From positions 56,357 to 120,356 of the forward strand of contig JAQWFB010000003.1 in NCBI GenBank assembly GCA_028704635.1: a stretch of 64,000 nucleotides of DNA, written 5' to 3'. This document shows, one piece after another, positions 36,475-47,200 of this stretch (its first letter is position 1; every line of letters starts with the position of its first letter). The notes under the pieces are model-generated. The model was not told where the DNA came from. It ran no database searches and worked only from the letters and a program-made list of their open reading frames with translations. The translations under genes and the position numbers were made by a program. This DNA comes from Candidatus Shapirobacteria bacterium (lineage in GTDB: Bacteria; Patescibacteriota; Microgenomatia; UBA12405).

Positions 36475-37759
36475 TTTTTAATTCTTCCTCTATCCTCATT
36501 AATCTATTATACTTACACACTCTTTCCCCTCGAGTCGGTCCAACTTTAATATAATCCGACCCAACTGCCACTGCCAAATCCACCATAAAAGTATCATTCG
36601 TTTCACCACCGCCGCGATGGCTTGGCATCGTCATCAAATTATTTTGTCTGGCCAAAAGGCAGCAATCCACAGTTTCCGTTAAAGTTCCCGCCTGATTTAA
36701 TTTAATTAAAATCGCTGTCGCTGCCTTCATGTCAATCGCCTTTTGCAATAGTTTTGTATTAGTCACTGTCAAATCGTCAGCGATCAATGGAAATTTCCCA
36801 TTAATTTTTTCCACTAATTTTGGCCAACTTTCCCAATCAAATTCCGACAACATGTCTTCCATTGTCACAATTGGGTATTTTTCAATCCATGGCAAATAAT
36901 AGTTGATCAATTCTTCACTCGTTAAAATTTTTCCTTCTAATTTCAAATCATACATTTTTGATTCCTCGTTGAAAAATTCCGATGCCGCTGCATCAATTCC
37001 CACTCCAGCATCAACCCCTGGAATATAACCAGCATTTTTAATTGCCTCAACAAAATACTCCATTGGTTTTTCATTCGAAGAAATTCCATTTGGAGCAAAA
37101 GCGCCTTCATTTCCCACATTAGTTGATAATTTTTCCGCCTTCAAAATCTTTTTTAAAGCGTTATAAATTTCCATTTCCATTCTCACGTTTTCGGCCGCTG
37201 TTTTCGTTCCCATCGCTCCAATCATAAATTCCTGCAAATCAGTCGTTTCATCGGCATGTTTTCCCCCTTCAATCATCACCATCATTGGTTTTGGTAAAGT
37301 CCAGTTCACCGTATCGAAGTCGCTAGACGAAGTTCCGCCAATTCCATAAATTTTTCTCAAATATTTATATAAAGGCAAATTCTCTTCATTCGCTTCTGCA
37401 CGAGCCACAGCCAAACTCACTCCCAAAATTGCATTTCCACCCAAAATAGATTTATTTTCAGTCCCATCCAATTCAATCATTTTTTGGTCAATATTTCTTT
37501 GTTCTCCGGCTTCCATCCCCACCAAATTTTCTTTAATAATAGTATTAATATTCTCAATTGCCCTTAACATTCCCTTACCGTTATATCGAGCCATATTACC
37601 ATCCACTAATACTGTCGCTTCTTTTGATCCAGCCGATGCTCCATAACTTACTGATGCCTCCCCAATTAATCCCGATTCTAATGTGACTGTCACTTCTAAA
37701 CTTGGGGCTCCACCACTAGCCAAAATCTCTCGTGCAAAAATATTTTTTATTTTACTCAT
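36467..37759 (-). CDS. eno: Enolase (phosphopyruvate hydratase)
   Basis: N-terminal IFAREILASGGAPSLEV...SGASAGS, and the signature GKFPLIADDLTVTNTK / SHRGGGETNDTFMVDLAV. Confidence 0.9.
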   Translation of the reverse strand: MSKIKNIFAREILASGGAPSLEVTVTLESGLIGEASVSYGASAGSKEATVLVDGNMARYNGKGMLRAIENINTIIKENLVGMEAGEQRNIDQKMIELDGTENKSILGGNAILGVSLAVARAEANEENLPLYKYLRKIYGIGGTSSSDFDTVNWTLPKPMMVMIEGGKHADETTDLQEFMIGAMGTKTAAENVRMEMEIYNALKKILKAEKLSTNVGNEGAFAPNGISSNEKPMEYFVEAIKNAGYIPGVDAGVGIDAAASEFFNEESKMYDLKLEGKILTSEELINYYLPWIEKYPIVTMEDMLSEFDWESWPKLVEKINGKFPLIADDLTVTNTKLLQKAIDMKAATAILIKLNQAGTLTETVDCCLLARQNNLMTMPSHRGGGETNDTFMVDLAVAVGSDYIKVGPTRGERVCKYNRLMRIEEELKNE

Positions 37760-37815
37760 AGCCCATTATACAAAATCTTAAATTATTAATTCTTAACTAG
37801 TAACTATTAATTATT

Positions 37816-38673
37816 TTATGTCTCCGGTCGTCCTAAAATTCTTTTGACTAATTTTTTTATCCAAAAACTCTTAAATTGTCCCAAGCGGTCGTTAAAATTA
37901 ATCTCACTTTTAACCCATAAATTTCCATAATCGTCCTCATTTTTATCACTATACTTTTTATCCAAAAATTTTTGTGAGGCAGGGAAGTGGATTTGAATAT
38001 ATTCATCCACCCAAAATATTTTTTTATAAATTTTTCTAAAAAATTCTATCATTTCTTTAATCTCCGAGCCGGCATTTTTTGCCCCCCATGGCCAATATTC
38101 AAAAAATATTATTGGTTTACTTTTTTCTATTGTTTCTTTTCCGCCTTCAATCACCAATGGCTCAAACCCCTGGACATCCATTTTAATAAAATCAATTTTT
38201 GTAAATTCTAATTCTCTTAATAAATCATCCAACCTCCTACAAAAAACAGGAACAGACGGCCCATTTCCCCACATCCTATGATCTCCATAATTTTCTTTAG
38301 ACTCGTAAATCCCCATTTTTTTATTCTCACTTCCCATTGCCGCTTGCACTGCCACCACATTAAATAATTTATTTTCTTTAATATTTTTTTGCAAAATTTC
38401 AAAGTTAATTGAATCCGGCTCAATCGCAATTACTTTTCCATTGTTACCAACTTTGTCAGCAAATAAAACCGTATCATAGCCAATATTTGCTCCTATATCC
38501 AAAACGACATCTCCAGCTTTTATTTTTGACAACATTAAATCAGTCAAATACGGTTCATATTTTTCCAACGCCACTCTTTGTCCCACATATTTATCATCTG
38601 GCAGATAATAAAAAATATATTTTCCAAAAACTTTAACTTTTTCTAATTTCATTTTCACGCTTAATTTTATCAA
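37816..38673 (-). CDS. FkbM-family SAM-dependent methyltransferase
   Basis: Motif I VLDIGANIGYDTVLFA and motif II-like VIAIEPD. 285 aa. Confidence 0.7.
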   Translation of the reverse strand: MIKLSVKMKLEKVKVFGKYIFYYLPDDKYVGQRVALEKYEPYLTDLMLSKIKAGDVVLDIGANIGYDTVLFADKVGNNGKVIAIEPDSINFEILQKNIKENKLFNVVAVQAAMGSENKKMGIYESKENYGDHRMWGNGPSVPVFCRRLDDLLRELEFTKIDFIKMDVQGFEPLVIEGGKETIEKSKPIIFFEYWPWGAKNAGSEIKEMIEFFRKIYKKIFWVDEYIQIHFPASQKFLDKKYSDKNEDDYGNLWVKSEINFNDRLGQFKSFWIKKLVKRILGRPET

Positions 38674-38734
38674 TTTTTACTCGATATTCTTCGTGCTAAA
38701 ATCGTATACACGATTATTTTTTAAAAATATTTTT

Positions 38735-39022
38735 ATGACCAAAATCCATCCGGTTCCTGGCTTTTTATTAGTCGAACCACAAAAAAAAGAATCCACCACT
38801 GCCTCCGGCATTGTTCTCCCTGAATCTCATCAGGACAAACCTCAACAAGGAAAAGTTTTAGCCATTGGTGATGCCACTTTTATTGATGGTCGAGAAGTTA
38901 AATCCCCTTGTCAAATAGGCGATATTGTCGTTTATAAAGAATGGGGTGGCAAAGAATACAAGGAAGATTCCGTCGATTTGTTATTATTAAAATTCGACGA
39001 CATCATGGCAATCATAAAATAA
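38735..39022 (+). CDS. groES: Co-chaperonin GroES
   Basis: KIHPVPGFLLVEPQ...ASGIVLPES...GKVLAIGD...GDIVVYKEWGG. The tracked ORF start at 38693 is an upstream over-extension. Confidence 0.9.
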   Translation: MTKIHPVPGFLLVEPQKKESTTASGIVLPESHQDKPQQGKVLAIGDATFIDGREVKSPCQIGDIVVYKEWGGKEYKEDSVDLLLLKFDDIMAIIK

Positions 39023-39027
39023 TTTAA

Positions 39028-40695
<1,668 letters not shown>

Positions 40696-40715
40696 ATCAA
40701 AGTCTTTTCATTAAA

Positions 40716-40741
40716 AACCCTCCCTAATCGGAGGGTTTTTA
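40716..40741. terminator. Intrinsic (palindromic, bidirectional) terminator CCCTCCctaatcGGAGGG followed by TTTTT
   Basis: Sits between the groEL stop and the convergent minus-strand operon. Same motif as the hairpin at 6078. Confidence 0.65.
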
Positions 40742-41494
40742 ATTCAAATCCAATACTATCGGAAGTAATTTCTTCAAAAATTCTAAAAAATTAGAAATTT
40801 TAATAACACCGATTTTACAGAGAAAGCAAATTAATATAGAAACTATAAAAATAACTAATAACCATCTTAAAATCCAACTTAATGTATTACGTAAAAACTT
40901 TTTCAAAAAACCACCAAAAATTTTAGATTTCTTTTCTCTATTTATTTCAATCATTGCGTTTGTCAAAACTTCTATTCCGTTTTCACCCAGTTTAAAGGCG
41001 TACTGGGCATATTTATCTTTCTCTGAATTTAAATCTTCAGACGCTAAACCTAACAGTTCTAAAAATTTAGCAAACCAAAAAATTATTTTATTCCCTTCAG
41101 CTCTTATCAAACCATATTTAAAGTCATCCTTTAATAACAATCTCTCGATTTCCTTTTTTTTTCGAGAAATCTCTTTGATTTTTGTCGTACAAAAAATAAG
41201 CCACTTATCTCCTTCTAATGATTTAATTACGTCACTACCTGATTTTGTTATTTTATCTTTTTTATCTATCCAACCTATTTGTCTACAAAAAAACAACATA
41301 TCTGGGTCAATCAACCACCCATCCATGTAATACTCAAAAAATTGTTTTGTCTTTAAGAAACCGTTTTCTTGTTTTCTCCACTCTTGCCTTTTCTTATAAA
41401 GGGCAGTCTCTTGTGTTGCATTAACAAGAGGTAAATTATTTTCCCATTCTAATGGGTCAAAAGTAGTCCTTTCTTGATTTATTCCTAAACTCAT
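40739..41494 (-). CDS. Hypothetical protein with a C-terminal transmembrane anchor, translationally coupled to the upstream 1004-aa protein
   Basis: 251 aa. Soluble N-terminal roughly 210 aa, then C-terminal LSWILRWLLVIFIVSILICFLC. Its start overlaps the upstream stop (ATGA, 41491-41494). Confidence 0.45.
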   Translation of the reverse strand: MSLGINQERTTFDPLEWENNLPLVNATQETALYKKRQEWRKQENGFLKTKQFFEYYMDGWLIDPDMLFFCRQIGWIDKKDKITKSGSDVIKSLEGDKWLIFCTTKIKEISRKKKEIERLLLKDDFKYGLIRAEGNKIIFWFAKFLELLGLASEDLNSEKDKYAQYAFKLGENGIEVLTNAMIEINREKKSKIFGGFLKKFLRNTLSWILRWLLVIFIVSILICFLCKIGVIKISNFLEFLKKLLPIVLDLN

Positions 41495-44400
41495 TTAAAT
41501 ACCCCCATAATGGAGTTGTAAGGAATAGTTCCTGCAATCTCTTGAAGGTATTTCTTCTGAACATCTTCAATTTTTGTATTTAACCAATTTATATCTTCAA
41601 TATTTTGATTTTTTCTAAGCCATTTTTTAGTTTTTTCTATTGCTTCTAGTCTAGAATCCAATTCAATATTCCCCAAATATCCAAAAAATATATTCCATAA
41701 ATAATTTACAAAAGGCCAAACCTTTTGTCTTTCATTAGTGTTTAATCTTTCAACAGACAAATCCAATAAGGAAATTAATTTATCAAGATATTTTGGATTT
41801 TTTAACTTCATTATCGGCCCAGCAAAATAGAAATCATTGGTCTCGTTTTCTGCCGGTCCAACTTCATGAACCACACCAGTTGGAATAGTCAATCCCTCTA
41901 TTTCTTCTTTTTTACCTTTAATTCGGTCAATTCTCCAGTCAATTGACACCTCGTCACCAAATCTCCTAATTAAAATTCTATTAGCAATTTCCGCTAAATT
42001 TCTTTTAGTTTCATCTTCACTTTTAACACCATCAGTAAAAATACTTTCACAGTATTTTTTCTCTTCTTTAGTTTTTTTGATAAATTTTCCCAATACTTTT
42101 AATGCATGTCTTTGGTCATAACCAGAAACTTTTGAATCACCAATAAAAGATTTTAGTACTTTAACCACTTCATTTTTGTCGGTTTTCTTTTTTAAATTGA
42201 ATTGAACAAATTCGACGTAGGCCGATGGTAATAAGTATCCAGTATCATCATTTTTATCTAAATAAATTTTATTAATTCTTTCCAACTTTGAACTGTCTAC
42301 TTTTCCAACTATTTCACCAACGGTCACACGGTCGTCGGAGTAGGCAAATGGAATAAAATCAATAAAATCTTGATAATATTTTTTTAATTTATCCGGGTTT
42401 AATTTTTGAGTTGTTCGCATTGCGTCGCCATAATATTTGACATAGTCAGTAATATTGTAATTTTTTGCCCCATCGACACCAAAAGTATTTATTTTTACCT
42501 TTACTTTTTGTGGTTTGGCTTTTTCCAAAATTTCATCAACGGCTAAGTTTTTTAATCTTGTTAATTCCTCTTTTGAGACCTTACTTTCAAGCTCTTTTTG
42601 ATTTTGATTATAATATTCAAAAACGGTTGGAAAATATCGGTTATCTCCTGGTTCAAGTAATTTTTTAAACTCTTTATATTTACTATCAACCGGATCTTCA
42701 ACAACTTTTTCCTGTTTAATATCTTCTATCAATTGAAGCCTTACCGCTTCATCTTTAATTTTTACCCCATCATCTTTTCTATACCATCCAACTCGCCAAA
42801 CTGTCATATTTGCAAATCGGTCACTATCATTATCAATTTCTTTTATTTCAGTAAAAAATTTTCTCAAATCTTCTTTTTGGATTATCCAAGCCATTAAATC
42901 AACATAGTTATAAAGCAACTCAGATTTATTCTCTCCACTGTTTTTTAAATTTTCTAAAAGTTCAAATAAATATCTTTTTTCCTTATCTGATATTATTTCG
43001 GCTAATTTTTTGATGAAATATGATTCATTAAAACGATAATAACGGTTCTCACTAAAAGCCAAAGCGATAATATTTTTTAGTAATTTAGAAATATCTTTAT
43101 CAAAATATTTTCTGATTCTTTTAATAATTATTTCATCACGTGGATCTTTTTCTTTATTAAAAATACTTTCCTTGTCTAAAAATTCACTCAAAAAACTAAC
43201 TTCAGTGGCAAAAAAGTTTAATAATTCTTTTATTCCTGTTTTTGAGGTTATTTTATACAATGCATATCTACCATAAATATCAATTCCATGTTTATTTATT
43301 CCATCAACCACAGCCTTAATCGATTCATGATTATTTGGATCCGTATTTCCACAAAATCTCACGAATGCCTCTTTCACCAGAGAATCACTGTGACTGAAAC
43401 ATATTTCTTTAAGTTCAGGAATTAGATTTGGGTCTTTGTAATATGCCAAAACGTCCAAAGATTTTCTTTTAAGAACTCCATTTTCTTTATCGTCATTTTT
43501 AATTAGCTCAATCAATTTAGCTTTCCAAAAAATCAGACTTTCTTTAGTTAAAATTTCTTTTCTGAATTCAAAAACACCTTCTAAAATCTCTAAAATATTT
43601 CCCCATCTAACAATATTTTCAGTTCTAGTTCCTTTAATATTAATTTTTTCTTCTAATGACAGTATTTGCTCTTTTGAGGCATATTTTGAAAGCTGCTCAA
43701 TTGACCAATTTGAAATCCAGATTGTTTTATCCCAATAAGATTGGAAAATTAATTCAAAAATTTCAGTTTTAGTTTCATTTTTTAATAAATTAGATTCTAT
43801 TGAAGTTATCGCATTAGAAAAATATTCATCAACTGTATCTTTGTGACTTTTTGAGAAATTTAAAAGCCACTCTAAAACTAAATCACGAGTGTCAGTTTCT
43901 AACAAGAATCTTATAACCCCATACCAACTTGGATTTATCGCTTCAAACTTATCTTTTTTAACTATAGCTAAAAAATCAAGTTTTTTTATCGGCTCAGTTC
44001 TTAAAAAATTCTTTGCAGCCAAAAATTCTTGAATAATATGGTGATAAAATCCAGTTTTTAAAATTTTTTTATCTTTTTGATCCGGTCTATCTTCAATTAT
44101 TTTTTGAGAGTATAAATAATTAATTTCGTCTTCGACAACACCATCTTCTTTTGATAACCATAAAAATCTATCTTTATGGATTTCATTTGCCTGAAAATAT
44201 TCCATATTAATCGCCAAATCGTCAAGTTTCTCTAGTAGTAAATTGTCAGGTATTAATTTATCAAAAACATAATTTAAAAAATCAAATCTTGAATCAGGAA
44301 CTCTTTTTTTATCCCTAATAAATTCAATCAAATAATTCAAATATATTTCCCTAGAAATCAAACTATTGTAAGCATCCATTCTCCAAAACATTTCCACCAT

Positions 44401-44505
44401 CTCCTGTGCTTTGATTTTTGTCATTTTAAAGCCAGTAGGGTAGTTAGCCGCAATCAGTTTTTCGATTATTTCACTATTATCTAATCTTCCTGTTATAAAG
44501 GACAT
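41491..44505 (-). CDS. Large hypothetical protein (1004 aa) with HEAT/ARM-like helical repeats and no NTPase motif
   Basis: Predominantly alpha-helical repeat composition, for example NGVLKRKSLDVLAYYKDPNLIPELKEICFSHSDSLVKEAFVRFCGN (HEAT-like). No Walker A motif. Confidence 0.45.
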   Translation of the reverse strand: MSFITGRLDNSEIIEKLIAANYPTGFKMTKIKAQEMVEMFWRMDAYNSLISREIYLNYLIEFIRDKKRVPDSRFDFLNYVFDKLIPDNLLLEKLDDLAINMEYFQANEIHKDRFLWLSKEDGVVEDEINYLYSQKIIEDRPDQKDKKILKTGFYHHIIQEFLAAKNFLRTEPIKKLDFLAIVKKDKFEAINPSWYGVIRFLLETDTRDLVLEWLLNFSKSHKDTVDEYFSNAITSIESNLLKNETKTEIFELIFQSYWDKTIWISNWSIEQLSKYASKEQILSLEEKINIKGTRTENIVRWGNILEILEGVFEFRKEILTKESLIFWKAKLIELIKNDDKENGVLKRKSLDVLAYYKDPNLIPELKEICFSHSDSLVKEAFVRFCGNTDPNNHESIKAVVDGINKHGIDIYGRYALYKITSKTGIKELLNFFATEVSFLSEFLDKESIFNKEKDPRDEIIIKRIRKYFDKDISKLLKNIIALAFSENRYYRFNESYFIKKLAEIISDKEKRYLFELLENLKNSGENKSELLYNYVDLMAWIIQKEDLRKFFTEIKEIDNDSDRFANMTVWRVGWYRKDDGVKIKDEAVRLQLIEDIKQEKVVEDPVDSKYKEFKKLLEPGDNRYFPTVFEYYNQNQKELESKVSKEELTRLKNLAVDEILEKAKPQKVKVKINTFGVDGAKNYNITDYVKYYGDAMRTTQKLNPDKLKKYYQDFIDFIPFAYSDDRVTVGEIVGKVDSSKLERINKIYLDKNDDTGYLLPSAYVEFVQFNLKKKTDKNEVVKVLKSFIGDSKVSGYDQRHALKVLGKFIKKTKEEKKYCESIFTDGVKSEDETKRNLAEIANRILIRRFGDEVSIDWRIDRIKGKKEEIEGLTIPTGVVHEVGPAENETNDFYFAGPIMKLKNPKYLDKLISLLDLSVERLNTNERQKVWPFVNYLWNIFFGYLGNIELDSRLEAIEKTKKWLRKNQNIEDINWLNTKIEDVQKKYLQEIAGTIPYNSIMGVFK

Positions 44506-44686
44506 TTATTTTATAACCTATAAAACACTATTTCTAGTGGCTGTCCACCATCATACCCACTACCACTGGACCACGTCAATAGATTAAAATATATCAAAAC
44601 CCCAATTTACAATTAATCCGCGGATAAATAATCAAATCCCTCCTTAAATGTAGGTTTTTTTGATAAAATAGAGTACTTTTCAATCT

Positions 44687-44760
44687 GACGCGGTAGTCAA
44701 GCGGTTAGACAGCAGTCTGCAAAACTGCGTAGATGGGTTCGACTCCCATCCGCGTCTCCA
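44687..44760 (+). tRNA. tRNA-Cys (anticodon GCA), CCA encoded
   Basis: GACGCGGtagtcaagcggttagacaGCAGTctGCAaaACTGCgtagaTGGGTtcgactCCCATCCGCGTCtCCA. Anticodon loop CTGCAAA, T-loop TTCGACT. Confidence 0.85.
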
Positions 44761-44794
44761 AGTATAAATTCTATCCTATAATTTGCATTTTTTC

Positions 44795-44883
44795 ATTTTT
44801 TTTAGTACAATTCCACCACTTTATTAACTGGCCACAATAGGCGACTGGATTAATAAATCCCCACATTTAAAATCAATAAAACT
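44795..44883 (+). repeat. Cassette-array module (partial): TATAAT, TTTAGTACAAT...CACTTTATTAA box, and left inverted repeat AAAATCAATAAAACT
   Basis: Homologous to 45373-45453 and 45943-46035. The left inverted repeat at 44869-44883 is the reverse complement of AGTTTTATTGATTT at 45313-45326. Confidence 0.5.
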
Positions 44884-44905
44884 GAAGTTAGAAAGGAAGA
44901 TTTTA

Positions 44906-45304
44906 ATGGCGAAACATAATCCTTATAAGTATTGTCGGAACCCAAAAGATTATCAAGATATGGAAGAGGCTTTAGACCAACAAGAAGCTGCAGAAATTAA
45001 GGTTTTTTTAAAATTCAACAACAATGATCTTAAGGAACTTCCACAAATTTGGCGTTTTGTTTTTGGCTTTTTGTTTATTTTTACGACAGTCATCTTAATT
45101 GCTTTTGACAAAAATCCTAAATTTATTAAAGCCCATCCGATCGAAATTATAACCTCATTTGTGCTTATTTTTTTGATCGCAGCCATACCAACTTTTAAAG
45201 CCCTACTAACAAAGAGAAAATTAATTCATAGGTTGGAAAAATTAGAAAATAAAAAATTCCAAACAACCTCAACAGCAAAAATAATTAAATTTCGACCGAA
45301 ATAA
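44906..45304 (+). CDS. Cassette 1 ORF: small membrane protein (2 TM), hypothetical
   Basis: 132 aa. Ribosome-binding site gaaaggaag upstream. Hydrophobic central region FVFGFLFIFTTVILIAF...IITSFVLIFLIAAI. Confidence 0.45.
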   Translation: MAKHNPYKYCRNPKDYQDMEEALDQQEAAEIKVFLKFNNNDLKELPQIWRFVFGFLFIFTTVILIAFDKNPKFIKAHPIEIITSFVLIFLIAAIPTFKALLTKRKLIHRLEKLENKKFQTTSTAKIIKFRPK

Positions 45305-45312
45305 AAACCTTT

Positions 45313-45453
45313 AGTTTTATTGATTTAAGCCGGTAGGTAGACTACATATTAAATATGTATACACCGCCGGCTCTTTTTTTGTTATAATGTAATTACTTTA
45401 TTGATTAGTCTATTGCAGACTTTTTTAATAAATTCCTTGAAAATCAATAAAAC
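45313..45453 (+). repeat. Inter-cassette module 1: right inverted repeat AGTTTTATTGATTT, hairpin/terminator (45329-45380), TATAAT box, left inverted repeat GAAAATCAATAAAACT
   Basis: Bounded by about 15-bp inverted repeats. Internal hairpin GCCGGtaggtagacTACATATtaaATATGTAtacaCCGCCGGC plus T9. Confidence 0.5.
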
Positions 45454-45494
45454 TTTGCAGTTTGTGTTTTAGAAAAAGAAAGGCGGTTTTGTCA

Positions 45495-45878
45495 ATGTCA
45501 AAGAAAATTCCAACGTCGACGCTGGATGAATTTTTTCATCTTACCAACAATGAAAAAATCAAGGTGGCCCACGTTGGCTATACCAAGGAAGGAGATTTGT
45601 ATTATGTAGATGAGTATGGAGATATAGAAAGGGTTGTAAGTAGAGCTAAAATCGTAAATAGTTATATTTGTAATAGCAATGAACCCTCTTCAGAAAATTT
45701 AAGTCTTAAGATCAAAGATTTAGTTGTCCAGAGAACATTTTTGATGTGGTTGGTTATTAAAATAAACAATCTTGAATACAAAAAAGAAAACTGCGGTAAA
45801 ATTAAAATCCCTTTTTCTACCTTCGTAGTTTTAACTTCACTAAACATAGATACAAAAATATTTAAAATAATTAAGTAG
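45495..45878 (+). CDS. Cassette 2 ORF: hypothetical protein
   Basis: The tracked ORF starts at 45462. The likely start is ATG 45495 (MSKKIPTST), preceded by the ribosome-binding site aaagaaagg. No motif recognised. Confidence 0.4.
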   Translation: MSKKIPTSTLDEFFHLTNNEKIKVAHVGYTKEGDLYYVDEYGDIERVVSRAKIVNSYICNSNEPSSENLSLKIKDLVVQRTFLMWLVIKINNLEYKKENCGKIKIPFSTFVVLTSLNIDTKIFKIIK

Positions 45879-45880
45879 TC

Positions 45881-46035
45881 AGTTTTATTGATTTTCATTT
45901 TAAACCGGGCAGGTTTGTGCATTAGCATAAATTATGTCCGGTATTTTTTTATAATTTTTAGTACAATCATTCACTTTATTAATCAGTGTCTTTAAGAGAA
46001 ATTAATAAATCGTTCCTTTAAAATTAATAAAACTA
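45881..46035 (+). repeat. Inter-cassette module 2: right inverted repeat AGTTTTATTGATTTT, hairpin/terminator (45903-45950), TATAAT-TTTAGTACAAT box, left inverted repeat AAAATTAATAAAACT
   Basis: Same architecture as module 1. Hairpin AACCGGGCAGG...TGTCCGGT plus T8. Confidence 0.5.
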
Positions 46036-46047
46036 ATAAAGAAAGAG

Positions 46048-46515
46048 GTGTTATTTTTGGTTAAAGATGTTTTTTTTGTCAGACATGGGGATTATAGTTT
46101 TAGCAGTGGGAAACTTAACAGTGAAGGAATAAGGTTAATCAATATCCTCGCAGACGAGATATTGCCTTACACCCTAAATAAAAAAATTGTGATTCTTTCA
46201 TCATCGGCAATTAGGACTTTAGACAGTGCTGAAATCATTAGTAATAAACTCAATATCCGTTTTGAAACCAAAGAAATATTATGTCCAGATAATAATTTTG
46301 ACCTTAAAGCTGTTTTTAATCTTATTCAATCATATATTGAAGAAGCTGATATTCTTATTTTAGTCACTCATTTAGAGTACACCGATGTATTACCGTATTA
46401 TTTTGCCTGTAAACAATTAAAAACAACTAGTCTTAAGTCATTTCCTATTCCTAAAGGCAGCGCATGGCACATCAATTGTGTCGAAAAAACTATAAAAATA
46501 ATTAATCCCCAGTGA
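46048..46515 (+). CDS. Cassette 3 ORF: histidine phosphatase superfamily (SixA/PGAM-like)
   Basis: RHG motif in FVRHGDYS, and a second His in ILVTHLEYTD. The tracked start is GTG 46048. Alternative TTG 46057 has better ribosome-binding-site spacing. Confidence 0.5.
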   Translation: MLFLVKDVFFVRHGDYSFSSGKLNSEGIRLINILADEILPYTLNKKIVILSSSAIRTLDSAEIISNKLNIRFETKEILCPDNNFDLKAVFNLIQSYIEEADILILVTHLEYTDVLPYYFACKQLKTTSLKSFPIPKGSAWHINCVEKTIKIINPQ

Positions 46516-46579
46516 GTTTTATCGATTTTAAACCGGGCAGGTCAATGCATTTTTTAAATGTATACCTGCTATTTTTTTG
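46515..46579 (+). repeat. Cassette-array terminal module: right inverted repeat AGTTTTATCGATTTT plus hairpin GCAGGT...ACCTGC plus T-run
   Basis: Homologous to the right-hand parts of modules 1 and 2 (shared AAACCGGGCAGG and TTAAATGTATAC). Confidence 0.5.
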
Positions 46580-47200
46580 TCAAAAATTTTCACAAACACC
46601 ATCCGCCCACATTCCTATCTTTTTTTCTTTTGCCATTTTTTCTACTTTTTTGAATTCTGTCTGAAATTTATAATCAATTTTGTAAGTATATTCCATACCA
46701 AATCCTTCCTCCACTAATTTTTTATTAACCAAAGTTCCATCTTCTAAATAAACATATCGTAGCAATCGGTCATATTTATCTTTATTATCTTGACTACTAT
46801 CAGCCTCCAATTTTATTTTTTTATTTTCCATTAATTCTTTTGCTCTTTTAGTTGCCTCTTTTTCAAAACATTCATTTTTTTCCGGGGTATCAATTCCAAC
46901 CAGTCTTATAGATTCCTCTTTGCCGTTAATTTTCACTATCACTGTGTCACCATCAATTACTTTTACCACTTCAACTAATTCTTGTTCTTGTTTCACAATA
47001 GGAGTTGTTACTGCCAGTTTTAGTCTTTCAATTGGATTAATATTCTCTTTTACTACTTTTCTTTGATTTCTATTTTGTAAAATTTTAAAAACCAATATTA
47101 AAAATAAAATTCCAGCTATTGTCCATCCCAAATTTTTTATCTTAAAAATCTTTCTCATTCTCCTATCACTTGTACCAAAACTTTTCTTGGCCGACAACAA
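46580..47200 (-). CDS. Thermonuclease (SNase-like), membrane-anchored
   Basis: VIDGDTVIVKINGKEESIRLVGIDTPE matches the staphylococcal nuclease motif DGDT...RLxGIDxPE. N-terminal TM. The real start is probably the internal Met at 47158, which gives a 4-nt overlap with the upstream gene. Confidence 0.7.
   Translation of the reverse strand: MLSAKKSFGTSDRRMRKIFKIKNLGWTIAGILFLILVFKILQNRNQRKVVKENINPIERLKLAVTTPIVKQEQELVEVVKVIDGDTVIVKINGKEESIRLVGIDTPEKNECFEKEATKRAKELMENKKIKLEADSSQDNKDKYDRLLRYVYLEDGTLVNKKLVEEGFGMEYTYKIDYKFQTEFKKVEKMAKEKKIGMWADGVCENF

Noticed and set aside
34928-38636. Short ORFs overlapping the U32, iPGM, enolase and FkbM genes (34928-35116, 35068-35355, 35770-35976, 36146-36415, 37987-38211, 38217-38429, 38409-38636)
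   Set aside because: Out-of-frame or antisense overlaps with strongly supported conserved enzymes.
38693-38734. Upstream extension of groES in the ORF track (MLKSYTRLFFKNIF)
   Set aside because: GroES family proteins start near MTKIHPV. The extension has no homology and overlaps the divergent promoter region.
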